A stretch of 20,000 nt of DNA from an uncultured virus (IMG/VR IMGVR_UViG_3300006802_013268) (IMGVR_UViG_3300006802_013268); one strand, 5' to 3'. Shown: positions 8,655-16,799, numbered from the stretch's first letter. Numbers and translations are program-made. The notes: generated by a model not told the origin, from the letters alone.

Positions 8655-9210
8655 ACAAAACCATTTTTACTTTAGAAAATTTTTCGGGATTATGCTGACA
8701 ATCATATTTCCATGACTTTATGAATGTCGAAAAATATTTTTTTGCTAATTTATTTATCTGCGGAAGATCGTAGTCATCAATCAAAACATACTTGAATCCT
8801 ATTTCTTTGGCAAGACGTAGATCACTTTCTGCAAAAAAAGTACGATGGTTGCCATCAATAAAAAATAAATCAGTTTTCTCTACTTTAATTTTTTGCTCCA
8901 GGTAATGTTTTCTTAAGTAATACGAATTGTAACAAATAAATTGAAACCGATTGCCAAATCTTTCTTTAACCCTTTCTTCTCCCATAATTGTTTGTGCATA
9001 TTGTGCAATGTCATATGCTGTTACTGTCACATCATCAAACAAAGACAACATGATTGATGAACTGTGACCAACGTTAAATCCAATTTCAGTTACACTTTTA
9101 AAATCAGTCATTTCTTTGATTTGTCGCCAAGCGTCACAAGTTTTTTTTGATGGAAACATGTGTCCCTCTTTTTCAATTGGCAACCAAGACAAATCTAATT
9201 CTGCATCCAT
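8638..9210 (-). CDS. class I SAM-dependent methyltransferase (Methyltransf_24-like)
   Basis: EIGFNVGHSS, DLFFIDGNH and LIDDY motifs. Confidence 0.85.
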   Translation of the reverse strand: MDAELDLSWLPIEKEGHMFPSKKTCDAWRQIKEMTDFKSVTEIGFNVGHSSSIMLSLFDDVTVTAYDIAQYAQTIMGEERVKERFGNRFQFICYNSYYLRKHYLEQKIKVEKTDLFFIDGNHRTFFAESDLRLAKEIGFKYVLIDDYDLPQINKLAKKYFSTFIKSWKYDCQHNPEKFSKVKMVLCVNDV

Positions 9211-9211
9211 T

Positions 9212-9463
9212 CTATTTTCCTAGATAAATGTCATCTAACATATCAGAAAATTCTTCAACTTTAACTAGTCTGTTTGGCCAATAGATGTAATCTTTTTCAG
9301 GATTGGCTTTCAAATTAGACAACAGAGGTTGTATTGCCGCGTACAGTTTTTCTAACTTGGTTTGATAATTTAATGCAGTGTCTGCCTTTGTTTGCAAATC
9401 AGTGACAAGATCTAATTCTTCTTCAGTTACAGCAGTAAAACCAAAGTCAAAGGTGTCATCCAT
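9212..9463 (-). CDS. conserved T4-like phage hypothetical protein
   Basis: FDFGFTAV..NLKANPEKDYIYWPNR pattern, recalled from marine myoviruses; tightly packed with its neighbours. Confidence 0.8.
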   Translation of the reverse strand: MDDTFDFGFTAVTEEELDLVTDLQTKADTALNYQTKLEKLYAAIQPLLSNLKANPEKDYIYWPNRLVKVEEFSDMLDDIYLGK

Positions 9464-9656
9464 TGAGTTTCTCCAATGTTTCTAGGAGTTCATCGTACTT
9501 GGCGATGCTCTCCAGTTCCTTTTCTAGCGTCTCCATAAAATCGCCGTGTTCTGCCACACCCACTGGGTTGGCGATAAATGTTTCCCAGTTACAAACGTGC
9601 TTTGCTCGTTGTCCCTGTAAATACTGTTTCATTGCTTCTCTAATATGTAGTGTCAT
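9456..9656 (-). CDS. conserved phage hypothetical protein
   Basis: NPVGVAEHGD..ETLEKEL..IA.YD pattern; overlaps neighbouring genes. Confidence 0.8.
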   Translation of the reverse strand: MTLHIREAMKQYLQGQRAKHVCNWETFIANPVGVAEHGDFMETLEKELESIAKYDELLETLEKLNG

Positions 9657-9796
9657 ACTATTCCATACCTCTGTTTTCTATAATCATACCAAAAATAAAG
9701 TTTACAATACCATTCGAATGTTTTGGGATATTGTTCAGGGTCAGGGCATTCGGGAAATCTTGCCATAACCTTTTCGATTATTTCTTCTGGTGTCAT
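9653..9796 (-). CDS. small hypothetical protein (47 aa)
   Basis: Hand-translated MTPEEIIEKVMARFPECPDPEQYPKTFEWYCKLYFWYDYRKQRYGIV; ATGA overlaps at both ends. Confidence 0.8.
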   Translation of the reverse strand: MTPEEIIEKVMARFPECPDPEQYPKTFEWYCKLYFWYDYRKQRYGIV

Positions 9797-10488
9797 TTTA
9801 TATTCATCCACTCTTTTGTCATGATATAGTCGCGAACAAAATCGCTACGAACAATATCTTCCCATCCAAATTGGATATGACTAAAGTGTTTCATATTCTC
9901 AAGGATTGATAAAAATTGATTAACGCCAGACTTATCTTTATCCTGTTTAAAATCGCTCTGATAATAATCCCCGCAAAAAATAATCTTAGTTCCTTGACCT
10001 ACTCGAGTTATGACCGAATCAAGTTCATGGAAGTTTAAATTCTGCATTTCGTCAACAAGAACTATGCTGTTGTTATATGTTATACCGCGTATGTATGATG
10101 TTGATTCAAACGTGATGTAGTTATTGTGTACCAATTTATCATATGCGCGTTCATCATTAAATAATTCTGCAGTTGCTGCTCTGTATGGTCCAGTGTACGC
10201 ATTGAGTTTTTCTTCTACGCTGCCCGGAAGATATCCTATCTCTCTTGTTGGAACAACGGAACGAATAATATGTAATGTCTCATATGGAGAACTCTTATCC
10301 ATTATTTCTTCAAGAGCAAAATATATTCCAAGAAACGTTTTACCTGTTCCTGCTGTTCCTGTTAGAGCAAGATGATCACCGTCTCTCCAAGCATTCCATG
10401 CTTCTTGTTGATGAGGTGTTGCTGGAGAAATAGTATCCATGGTATCAAGTCGGATGTTCATATTATCCGTATTAGATTGTTTTCTCAT
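9793..10488 (-). CDS. phoH: PhoH family ATPase
   Basis: Walker A GTAGTGKT, RS.V..REIGYLPG, YIRGIT, DEMQN, GDYYQSD and DIVRS motifs. Confidence 0.96.
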   Translation of the reverse strand: MRKQSNTDNMNIRLDTMDTISPATPHQQEAWNAWRDGDHLALTGTAGTGKTFLGIYFALEEIMDKSSPYETLHIIRSVVPTREIGYLPGSVEEKLNAYTGPYRAATAELFNDERAYDKLVHNNYITFESTSYIRGITYNNSIVLVDEMQNLNFHELDSVITRVGQGTKIIFCGDYYQSDFKQDKDKSGVNQFLSILENMKHFSHIQFGWEDIVRSDFVRDYIMTKEWMNIK

Positions 10489-11249
10489 AGTTCTACATAC
10501 TCAGGAAATGGTTGCACAAATTTCTGCCTTTGTTCTTCTGATTCCCAACGGTGCCCTTTTGGATTATATCCAAAGGGTTTATATTTTTCATACAGTTTAT
10601 CTATTTCTTGGGTAAGAATTTCTCTTCCCCACCGAACGCCATTTTCATTGACAATCTCTTTGTTGTGTTCAGTTGCGAAATTGGTGTACCAGTCTAATTT
10701 GGTATTAGGTATTTTTGTAGGACCATTAGTTTTTATTGGTTCATGATCAAACTGACAAAACAAAGAAATATCATTCCCCCAAACCCAAGCGAATGCCATG
10801 TCATATCCATATGTTTTACTGAATGTTTGCCTAGACATTACATATTGATTCAGGAGAAAATCCGTTTCGTTTTCCGGATGACTCCAATTCCGTCTGCCCG
10901 TTTCGAATTGATACTCCATAACTGTTTCTGGATCATATTTTGACATAGCATCATCTAAGATATCTAATGTATCATAAGGTAATCTGTAGTCTAAGTCAAT
11001 CATAACATTCCAGTCAGTTGTAGTTTCTTTCATAAGAATGTTTCGACAAACTTCGTTTCCCCAACCTAAATCTTCAGTGACCTGAAGAATTCTCCACCAT
11101 TCTGGAATCCACTCTCTGGAGGCAGGTTGTATTTTTGAACCATCGTCGATGACTGTGAATTTAAATTTATCTTTGTAAGGAAGATAATAGTCAATCATAT
11201 CTTCCATAAGGAATTGATTGTTATAGTAAGTATAATTTATGCTGATCAT
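10485..11249 (-). CDS. glycosyltransferase family 2-like
   Basis: ISINYTYYN, VIDDGS, CRN, MIDLD (DxD), GYD and WGND motifs. ATG at 11249 preferred over TTG 11252. Confidence 0.82.
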   Translation of the reverse strand: MISINYTYYNNQFLMEDMIDYYLPYKDKFKFTVIDDGSKIQPASREWIPEWWRILQVTEDLGWGNEVCRNILMKETTTDWNVMIDLDYRLPYDTLDILDDAMSKYDPETVMEYQFETGRRNWSHPENETDFLLNQYVMSRQTFSKTYGYDMAFAWVWGNDISLFCQFDHEPIKTNGPTKIPNTKLDWYTNFATEHNKEIVNENGVRWGREILTQEIDKLYEKYKPFGYNPKGHRWESEEQRQKFVQPFPEYVEL

Positions 11250-11253
11250 CAAA

Positions 11254-11487
11254 TCAAACTTTTATTGTGTTTCCTCTACCAGAAGCAGTCTTCACGTTTT
11301 TGAGATGCTCCCTCCAGCTCTGTGGCGTTGTTTTTAGCACACCTCCAACGTGAGTGACAATGTTATATGCGGATGTAATTACTTGTTCCCATTCGCCTGA
11401 CTCAATCATTGCTTCTTTTTCAGCAATTTTTAAAAACATTTCTTTGACCTCTCCGGTCTTCACATTTTTCATATCGTATGTTGGCAT
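11254..11487 (-). CDS. conserved T4-like protein with an FmdB-like N-terminus, no cysteines
   Basis: MPTYDMKNVKTGEVKE..W..HLKNVK pattern; AGGAG ribosome-binding site at 11494-11498. Confidence 0.8.
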   Translation of the reverse strand: MPTYDMKNVKTGEVKEMFLKIAEKEAMIESGEWEQVITSAYNIVTHVGGVLKTTPQSWREHLKNVKTASGRGNTIKV

Positions 11488-11498
11488 AACTAACTCCT

Positions 11499-11520
11499 AA
11501 AAGGCACCCCGAAGGGTGCC
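11499..11520 (-). terminator. Rho-independent terminator with UUCG tetraloop and short U-tract
   Basis: Minus strand reads GGCACCC-TTCG-GGGTGCC-TTTT. Confidence 0.8.
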
Positions 11521-11533
11521 TGTTAGATAAGGA

Positions 11534-11692
11534 TCACCCCCTTAAAACTTGTTGTATTGCAGCGTCAAGAAATGCTTGTTTTTTTTGCATCTTATATGCC
11601 GCTTCCGATTTTCCCTTTTTATTCAACTTGTGTATATAATGTCCAAGTTCTCTAGAATCTTTTCTTAATCTTTCAATTTGGTTTGCTACCAT
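11534..11692 (-). CDS. small basic helical hypothetical protein (52 aa)
   Basis: Hand-translated MVANQIERLRKDSRELGHYIHKLNKKGKSEAAYKMQKKQAFLDAAIQQVLRG; strong AAGGAG ribosome-binding site. Confidence 0.85.
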   Translation of the reverse strand: MVANQIERLRKDSRELGHYIHKLNKKGKSEAAYKMQKKQAFLDAAIQQVLRG

Positions 11693-11727
11693 AGGCAGTC
11701 TCCTTTTCTAGTTTTTGGGAATCATAA

Positions 11728-12165
11728 TCAATCTCGGATTAAATCAGGGTATGCCTCCTTCACTAATTTTTCTGTTAATCCTTTCACGGAAGTTTTCTTG
11801 TTGATCATATCGACGAGTATTTCAGCGTCGCGTGGATGAATTGATTCAAGCAAATCTATAAACATTCTTTCTCTTTTGAGATTGGTGAGTTGCTCGGATT
11901 CTCGCAGTCCTTTCACAAAATACTTGAACCGCATGTGTAGTTTTAGTAGAGTCGAAGGAGGAGATTCTTCTATATTTGCTGTGTAGGGTACTGAACCTTC
12001 TGGTAGATTCCAGAGGATTTTTTTATCGAAAGTGCCTTGTAAGACATCTCTTACAGGCATGATATTGTGTTTTTGAAGGATTTCAATTTTTTCTTTTTTA
12101 CTCTTCGCCTTTGAAACCAAATCAAAGATTTCGTAGACTTGTAGTCTTACGTTAGTTATAGCCAT
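11728..12165 (-). CDS. conserved T4-like phage protein (DUF6433-like)
   Basis: EIF..VSKAKSKKEKIEIL..WNLPEG.VPY..KRE.MFI.LLES.HP.DAE pattern. The family label is from recall. Confidence 0.75.
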   Translation of the reverse strand: MAITNVRLQVYEIFDLVSKAKSKKEKIEILQKHNIMPVRDVLQGTFDKKILWNLPEGSVPYTANIEESPPSTLLKLHMRFKYFVKGLRESEQLTNLKRERMFIDLLESIHPRDAEILVDMINKKTSVKGLTEKLVKEAYPDLIRD

Positions 12166-12572
12166 TATTTAGTTCTCACATGTTTTGAATGAATTTTACA
12201 ACCTATGAATTCATTATAGTATTTATCATCAAATAGAACGCTGCGATCGAATTGCTCTTTTGCTTCATAATATGAACATTCTCCTTTGCTTTTACATAAA
12301 CGGATGATTACCCTCACATAGTCGTCCTCAGAGCTCCCAGAGATCTGTTCAAGGAGCGATTTATTAGAACCGTAGTAGTTACGCCAGTCAGATTGTACCT
12401 TAACTTTTTTGCGTTTTTTGTTTACTGATCTAATAACATTCTTCCAGAAAAACTTTTTTCCTATGTATTTTTTGCCTGTTGACTTTTCAGTAATCTCATA
12501 GACAAATCCTACATAATCCTGTAAGAATGTTTCTTCTGGTTCAAATTCTGTTTGTTCATATATCCAATTCAT
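12165..12572 (-). CDS. denA: GIY-YIG nuclease, T4 endonuclease II-like
   Basis: GFVYEITEKSTGKKYIGKK, SDWRNYYGS, YYEAKEQF and YYN motifs. Short, with no homing-type DNA-binding tail. Start at ATG 12572. Confidence 0.8.
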   Translation of the reverse strand: MNWIYEQTEFEPEETFLQDYVGFVYEITEKSTGKKYIGKKFFWKNVIRSVNKKRKKVKVQSDWRNYYGSNKSLLEQISGSSEDDYVRVIIRLCKSKGECSYYEAKEQFDRSVLFDDKYYNEFIGCKIHSKHVRTK

Positions 12573-12577
12573 ATGGA

Positions 12578-12585
12578 TATTTAGT
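12578..12585 (-). promoter_or_regulatory. candidate T4-like late promoter (ACTAAATA variant)
   Basis: CTAAATA lies 5 nt before the nuclease ATG, and no SD is evident in between. Confidence 0.45.
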
Positions 12586-12721
12586 CTACGCTTTTCCACT
12601 CCTCATTTACATCCTCACCGCACATAGGACAATAAACAGGTAATTCGTCTTCGTCAACAACAACCAAATTCATATGAATTTCGCAAGCAGGGCATTCAAG
12701 TTTATACTCATATTCATCCAT
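12581..12721 (-). CDS. small acidic zinc-ribbon/rubredoxin-like protein (46 aa)
   Basis: Hand-translated MDEYEYKLECPACEIHMNLVVVDEDELPVYCPMCGEDVNEEWKSVD, with CxxC and CPxCG. The ATG abuts the nrdJ stop codon. Confidence 0.85.
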   Translation of the reverse strand: MDEYEYKLECPACEIHMNLVVVDEDELPVYCPMCGEDVNEEWKSVD

Positions 12722-14641
12722 TTATGCGATCTCGCAGAAACCAGCAGCACAGGCAAGTTCCTGTGCACCAACCGTCATGTCGGATGCCTCATATTCTGCG
12801 AGTTTGGACCAGTCCACATCCTTGGGCATTTTAGCAAGCAACTCCTTGTAACCCGCTTCGTCTGTATCTTGATACGGTGCTTGTGCATACGTGTGATCAG
12901 AGAACGGTAAGAACGAAACACCGCTCATGTAATCAAAATGCTTATACACCCAAGCACCTACCTCTAACCACTCGTGTTCTTTTACTGAGACGGTGATTGA
13001 TGGTTTGTGTTCGCACCAATGCTTCTGATAGATCAACCATAATTCTAACTGCTCAATAGCAGTCATATCGGTACGAAATACTGCACCCTTGTCCACCTTG
13101 ACGGGGAACGAGAACACAGACGTGTGTGAGGGATTCATCTGATCATCTTCTACAGGGAATCCAGCATCTACCATCATAGCAGTCAACGGGTCTTTCTTGT
13201 CGCCTCGTACTGTGCGAATGTAGTATGGGTTATGACGTGCATGGATGCCTGATGCTGCGTCAACCAACTGCGATACTGTACCAGAAGGTTTGACGCAAGT
13301 AATAGCAACTGATTGATTAATTCCTAACAGTTTAGAATAGTGTTCGTTTGTGTCAACTGCGATTGCTTTCAGACGCTCTAGACCTTCTTCAAGTCCCTTG
13401 GTCTTACCATTGGTCAATTTATTATCCATAATCCCAGTCATAGACACACCAAGCAGACGCTCTTCTTCGCAGTTCTTACGCCAAGCATTTGAAATGTATT
13501 TGAAGTTTACGAGAGAAGATTGGAACGTACCTAAAATTGTTGCTAGGCGAGTTTTCTTTTCTAAGTCTTCCCAGGTATCGTTAGGGCGAACAACTACTTC
13601 AGAAAGGTTACAAAACTCGCGTGAGCGTAGAATAATCTCAGAACATGGATTGGTGCCAAACTCATGATCGCCCACTTCCCTACGACCTGATGCTGTTGCC
13701 ATCATGTTAGCAGACTCACGATTAAAGATCCCACGTTCGCCTGACTTTGAATCATACAATGCTTTCCACTCGTCCATAAAGATACCAATATCTGGTTTCT
13801 CTGTGTAACACGCAGAATTATTGGCGAGAGCACGTTGACCGTGATCAGTCCACCATTGACCTGCCTTTGCATGTCTCATCCTATCATCGGAAAGGTTAGA
13901 GAGAGAAATAAGCGCAGAGCGACGCACACCGCCCACCACGACGATCTCCGCAATCTTACAGACGATATCGTGACATTCTACTGAGTTTAATTTACGACCA
14001 CGAGCATTCTTAAATGTTTGAATGCAAAACAAAAACAATTGATGAAGAGGTTCTGGACCAGAAGCACGACCACCAAAAGTTTTAAGAGGTGCACCTGCAG
14101 GACGTACCTTGCTCAAGTCCCACTTAGGAACCTGACCAGCATACAGCAAACCAACGAGTTCCTTCAATGCCTTCGCCCAACCCAACTTGGAGTCAGCAAC
14201 CATGATAGTTGTATCAGTATCATGAAACTCTTCAGCGACCATGGGTAATTGTGAGATGTATTGACGCTCAACTGAGAACCCAACTCCAGTTCCGTTCATC
14301 AACACATAAAGGATCTCATCAAACGCATGAGGACGATCTACTGCAATGTAAGAACAATTATACCCAGCAATGTTCTCGCGCTTTAGTGCTTCACCCGCAG
14401 TCATCAAACAACGCATCGAAGGCATAACCTTCTGTGATAATACTGCTTCTTCTAGTTCATTACGCAATTCAGATGACATTGCAAAATCGCAAGTTTCTTT
14501 AAGATGTTCAGTGAAGAAATCAAAGTAACGAGCAATCGTTTCTTCCCACGTTTCTCTTCGTCCTTTTTCAGGCACCCATCTTGAGTATCGAGACAGGTGG
14601 ATAAATTCTTGGTAACTCGTGGGTAGATAATTGCTTGGCAT
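12722..14641 (-). CDS. nrdJ: class II adenosylcobalamin-dependent ribonucleotide reductase (monomeric RTPR-like)
   Basis: SRYSRW, PSMR, YNC, GTGVGFS, VVVGGVRRSALI, TNPCSEI, FCNLSE, CVKPSGTVSQL and C-terminal ELACAAGFCEI motifs. GAGGAGG precedes ATG 14641. Confidence 0.95.
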   Translation of the reverse strand: MPSNYLPTSYQEFIHLSRYSRWVPEKGRRETWEETIARYFDFFTEHLKETCDFAMSSELRNELEEAVLSQKVMPSMRCLMTAGEALKRENIAGYNCSYIAVDRPHAFDEILYVLMNGTGVGFSVERQYISQLPMVAEEFHDTDTTIMVADSKLGWAKALKELVGLLYAGQVPKWDLSKVRPAGAPLKTFGGRASGPEPLHQLFLFCIQTFKNARGRKLNSVECHDIVCKIAEIVVVGGVRRSALISLSNLSDDRMRHAKAGQWWTDHGQRALANNSACYTEKPDIGIFMDEWKALYDSKSGERGIFNRESANMMATASGRREVGDHEFGTNPCSEIILRSREFCNLSEVVVRPNDTWEDLEKKTRLATILGTFQSSLVNFKYISNAWRKNCEEERLLGVSMTGIMDNKLTNGKTKGLEEGLERLKAIAVDTNEHYSKLLGINQSVAITCVKPSGTVSQLVDAASGIHARHNPYYIRTVRGDKKDPLTAMMVDAGFPVEDDQMNPSHTSVFSFPVKVDKGAVFRTDMTAIEQLELWLIYQKHWCEHKPSITVSVKEHEWLEVGAWVYKHFDYMSGVSFLPFSDHTYAQAPYQDTDEAGYKELLAKMPKDVDWSKLAEYEASDMTVGAQELACAAGFCEIA

Positions 14642-14691
14642 ACAAATGTGCCTCCTCATTCGTCAAGGGGTGTAGGTTTATCGGTGGAACT

Positions 14692-14720
14692 ATTATATAT
14701 TATTCTTCGTTGTTTGACAA
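14692..14720 (-). promoter_or_regulatory. sigma70-type (early) promoter for nrdJ
   Basis: Minus strand TTGTCA (14720-14715), 17 nt spacer, TATAAT (14697-14692), about 50 nt upstream of the ATG. Confidence 0.8.
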
Positions 14721-15143
14721 CCATTCTTCGGCAGTGGTGCCTTCAGTCTCAGTGGTTGCTTTACGATAGTAGAGGATTAACTCTTTTTGTTGACGGACAT
14801 AACGGCGAACCTCTTGGAAGTTCTCTGCCATTTTCTCATACCCATCTGGAGTGAGTGCGAAGACGACAAACTGACCATCTAACAATTTTTCGATGGTCTT
14901 CACTTGCTCTTCGAGGTTCTCCTCCGTAATAACAAAAAAATTTACGTTGAGTAAATCAATCTCCTGTGGCAAAGGTGGTTGATAGATTCGAAGCGGAACC
15001 TTTTTCTCGACAGTTATAATTTTAGGTTCGGGTTGAACTAAGACCTGTTCGTCTTTGCCCCATTTAAAACTGGGCATCCAAGAGCATCCACTAATTAGTA
15101 GAGATGCTCCCACTGCAATTGTGATCGATTTATACATTGACAT
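14700..15143 (-). CDS. outer-membrane lipoprotein, o-spanin (Rz1-like) candidate
   Basis: Signal peptide with lipobox LISG-C, Pro-rich segment (YQPPLPQEI) and C-terminal helix; downstream of the TM/coiled-coil gene. Confidence 0.75.
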   Translation of the reverse strand: MSMYKSITIAVGASLLISGCSWMPSFKWGKDEQVLVQPEPKIITVEKKVPLRIYQPPLPQEIDLLNVNFFVITEENLEEQVKTIEKLLDGQFVVFALTPDGYEKMAENFQEVRRYVRQQKELILYYRKATTETEGTTAEEWLSNNEE

Positions 15144-15292
15144 ATTTTTTTATTCCCAAAAGTTTCACAAAGCATCACCTTTTTACCGCAAGGTGATCTA
15201 TAATTACTCGGCTGGTTTATCTTCTCCAGTAGTTGACAACTCTGGAGTAACAGGATCATTGTCATCAGCATCCATAAGTTCTTTCGTATCAT
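15095..15292 (-). CDS. overlapping small Cys-rich lipoprotein candidate
   Basis: MIRKNLWMLMTMILLLQS-C has a basic n-region, hydrophobic h-region and lipobox, followed by four further Cys. Overlaps both spanin candidates in another frame. Confidence 0.55.
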   Translation of the reverse strand: MIRKNLWMLMTMILLLQSCQLLEKINQPSNYRSPCGKKVMLCETFGNKKICQCINRSQLQWEHLY

Positions 15293-15677
15293 TTTCTAAG
15301 TCCCGGAACACCTTCTCGGTGCCCTTATTAATGCGAGACTCAATCAATCCTGGTTTTGCTCTCGCAAGTCTAGTTAGGTTATGGTCTTTGAAGACCTTGA
15401 GGTAATTTTGTTTCTCACGATTCAACTCATTATTTCTGTTTGTCAGTTCGGACATTGCCGCTTCTGACTTTTTTGCGTTTGCTTCCGCAGCAGCAAGTGA
15501 CTCTTGCGCAGTTTTCACTGCTTGTTCCATCTGCACCTGATTTTCTTTCAGAGTGCGGTTGTTTGCTTCTAGTTGTATAACGGTGTTCTCAAGTTTCGAA
15601 ACAGTCACCTGATGATAAGCATAACCCCCACCAAGAGCACCAATTATAATAAAAAACAGTATCAATTTCAAGTACAT
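15204..15677 (-). CDS. inner-membrane spanin (Rz-like) candidate
   Basis: Single N-terminal TM helix, long Ala/Glu/Gln coiled coil, and LARAKPGLIE.RIN motif; adjacent to lipoprotein genes. Confidence 0.75.
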   Translation of the reverse strand: MYLKLILFFIIIGALGGGYAYHQVTVSKLENTVIQLEANNRTLKENQVQMEQAVKTAQESLAAAEANAKKSEAAMSELTNRNNELNREKQNYLKVFKDHNLTRLARAKPGLIESRINKGTEKVFRDLENDTKELMDADDNDPVTPELSTTGEDKPAE

Positions 15678-15844
15678 TATTTAACCACCTTCTTTCTTTT
15701 TCCGGCAACTTCTATATATCCGCGTGTTAAGATTTTATATTTTTTCTTTTTCTTAGGACCTGGTGGTTGTTCTGGCGGTAATCCTGCAATACCAGCACCA
15801 GTGTTCATTGCCGCAGTTTCTGTAAATTGTTTAAATGTAATCAC
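15677..15844 (-). CDS. small basic protein with a T4 capsid-targeting-like N-terminus (55 aa)
   Basis: Hand-translated from GTG (GTGA overlap): MITFKQFTETAAMNTGAGIAGLPPEQPPGPKKKKKYKILTRGYIEVAGKRKKVVK. TAATG-coupled downstream. Confidence 0.8.
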   Translation of the reverse strand: MITFKQFTETAAMNTGAGIAGLPPEQPPGPKKKKKYKILTRGYIEVAGKRKKVVK

Positions 15845-16428
15845 TTCTGAACTTCCCCAAGGGTAAAATACACCTCTTTATTTGTGTTTAAGTGTGTTCC
15901 TTTATAGACGTCCATGCCAAAAATATTCCCAATCGGATAACAATCCATGGGAACCTTAACTTTATCATTAGGATTTACTGCTTCTTCAAGACTATCCGTT
16001 AAAAGTTTTTCATGTTTTACTTTATAGATTCCTGGAGAAAGCATAGAGTTCTCAAGCTGAAACCAGTAATTGCTTTCGTTCATTATGTCTATTTTTTCTA
16101 ACCCAGATTGTTTTACAATCTTTTCTATGTTGCTGTCTGACAAATTATATTTCTCTCTCAACAAATACAATGCTGCCGCATATGACGCAATCGCTGAACT
16201 TCCACCTGGAACTTTCTCTAGCAATTTTTTAATATTAAAAACTAATCTATGAAAAGAAGTATACGCTGCTCTGTCTTTCTCGTCAACTAATTTTTTAGAT
16301 TTGATGCGTTTTCCTTTCTCATCAATGATTCCTAATTTGAAAGCATCGGTATCTTCAAATTTAGTGACTAGGAGTTTTAAAAATCTAAACGTATAGACTA
16401 AATCTCCTGCTCTTGTTATTAATGACAC
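15841..16428 (-). CDS. conserved T4-like phage protein, unknown function
   Basis: DLVYTFRFLKLL..F..TDAFKLGIIDEKG..AYT.FHRLVFNIKKLL pattern, recalled from T4-like phages. Confidence 0.8.
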   Translation of the reverse strand: MSLITRAGDLVYTFRFLKLLVTKFEDTDAFKLGIIDEKGKRIKSKKLVDEKDRAAYTSFHRLVFNIKKLLEKVPGGSSAIASYAAALYLLREKYNLSDSNIEKIVKQSGLEKIDIMNESNYWFQLENSMLSPGIYKVKHEKLLTDSLEEAVNPNDKVKVPMDCYPIGNIFGMDVYKGTHLNTNKEVYFTLGEVQK

Positions 16429-16799
16429 TATATTTTCCTTAGTTGTTCTATGACATTTTTGTCCATCTCTACACCTGTATATTTATCATTTGTGATTATT
16501 TTAAGGAAAATTAAAAATGGTTTAAGGACTTTCCAGTATTTTTCTTCCTGCATTTTATACTCTAGCATTTTTAATCCAGCAGGTATACCAAAAACATTAA
16601 AAATCACAATCAAGTGATTAAGTATCAGTCTTTCTGATAGTTTTTTGTTCTCAATGTATTTGTTTAGCAACCTTTTTACATATTTAAATCGTTTTAGGTC
16701 TTCATGAAACTCTTCAGCATCGATGCATATTGGATTGTAATAATGTCTCGCTGCGAACAGAGTAAATACATCTTCGTTCAGAGTTTCAAACAATTTCAT
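16428..16799 (-). CDS. conserved T4-like phage protein, unknown function
   Basis: LNED.F.LFA..HY.NP.C....EF.EDLKRFKY.KRLL..ERLILNHLI...NVFG pattern. Confidence 0.85.
   Translation of the reverse strand: MKLFETLNEDVFTLFAARHYYNPICIDAEEFHEDLKRFKYVKRLLNKYIENKKLSERLILNHLIVIFNVFGIPAGLKMLEYKMQEEKYWKVLKPFLIFLKIITNDKYTGVEMDKNVIEQLRKI

Noticed and set aside
11531..11544. 16S rRNA gene fragment
   Set aside because: Only 14 nt match and the flanks are protein-coding and terminator sequence. It is treated as an mRNA element instead.
12165..12599. Homing endonuclease or mobile intron near nrdJ
   Set aside because: The protein is a short EndoII-type GIY-YIG with no DNA-binding tail, and nrdJ is uninterrupted with no intron or intein evident.
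12166..16487. Other TAAATA motifs (12166-12173, 12220-12227, 16480-16487) as late promoters
   Set aside because: They are inside coding sequence or abut the ATG, and are expected by chance in AT-rich DNA; they cannot be supported without TSS data.
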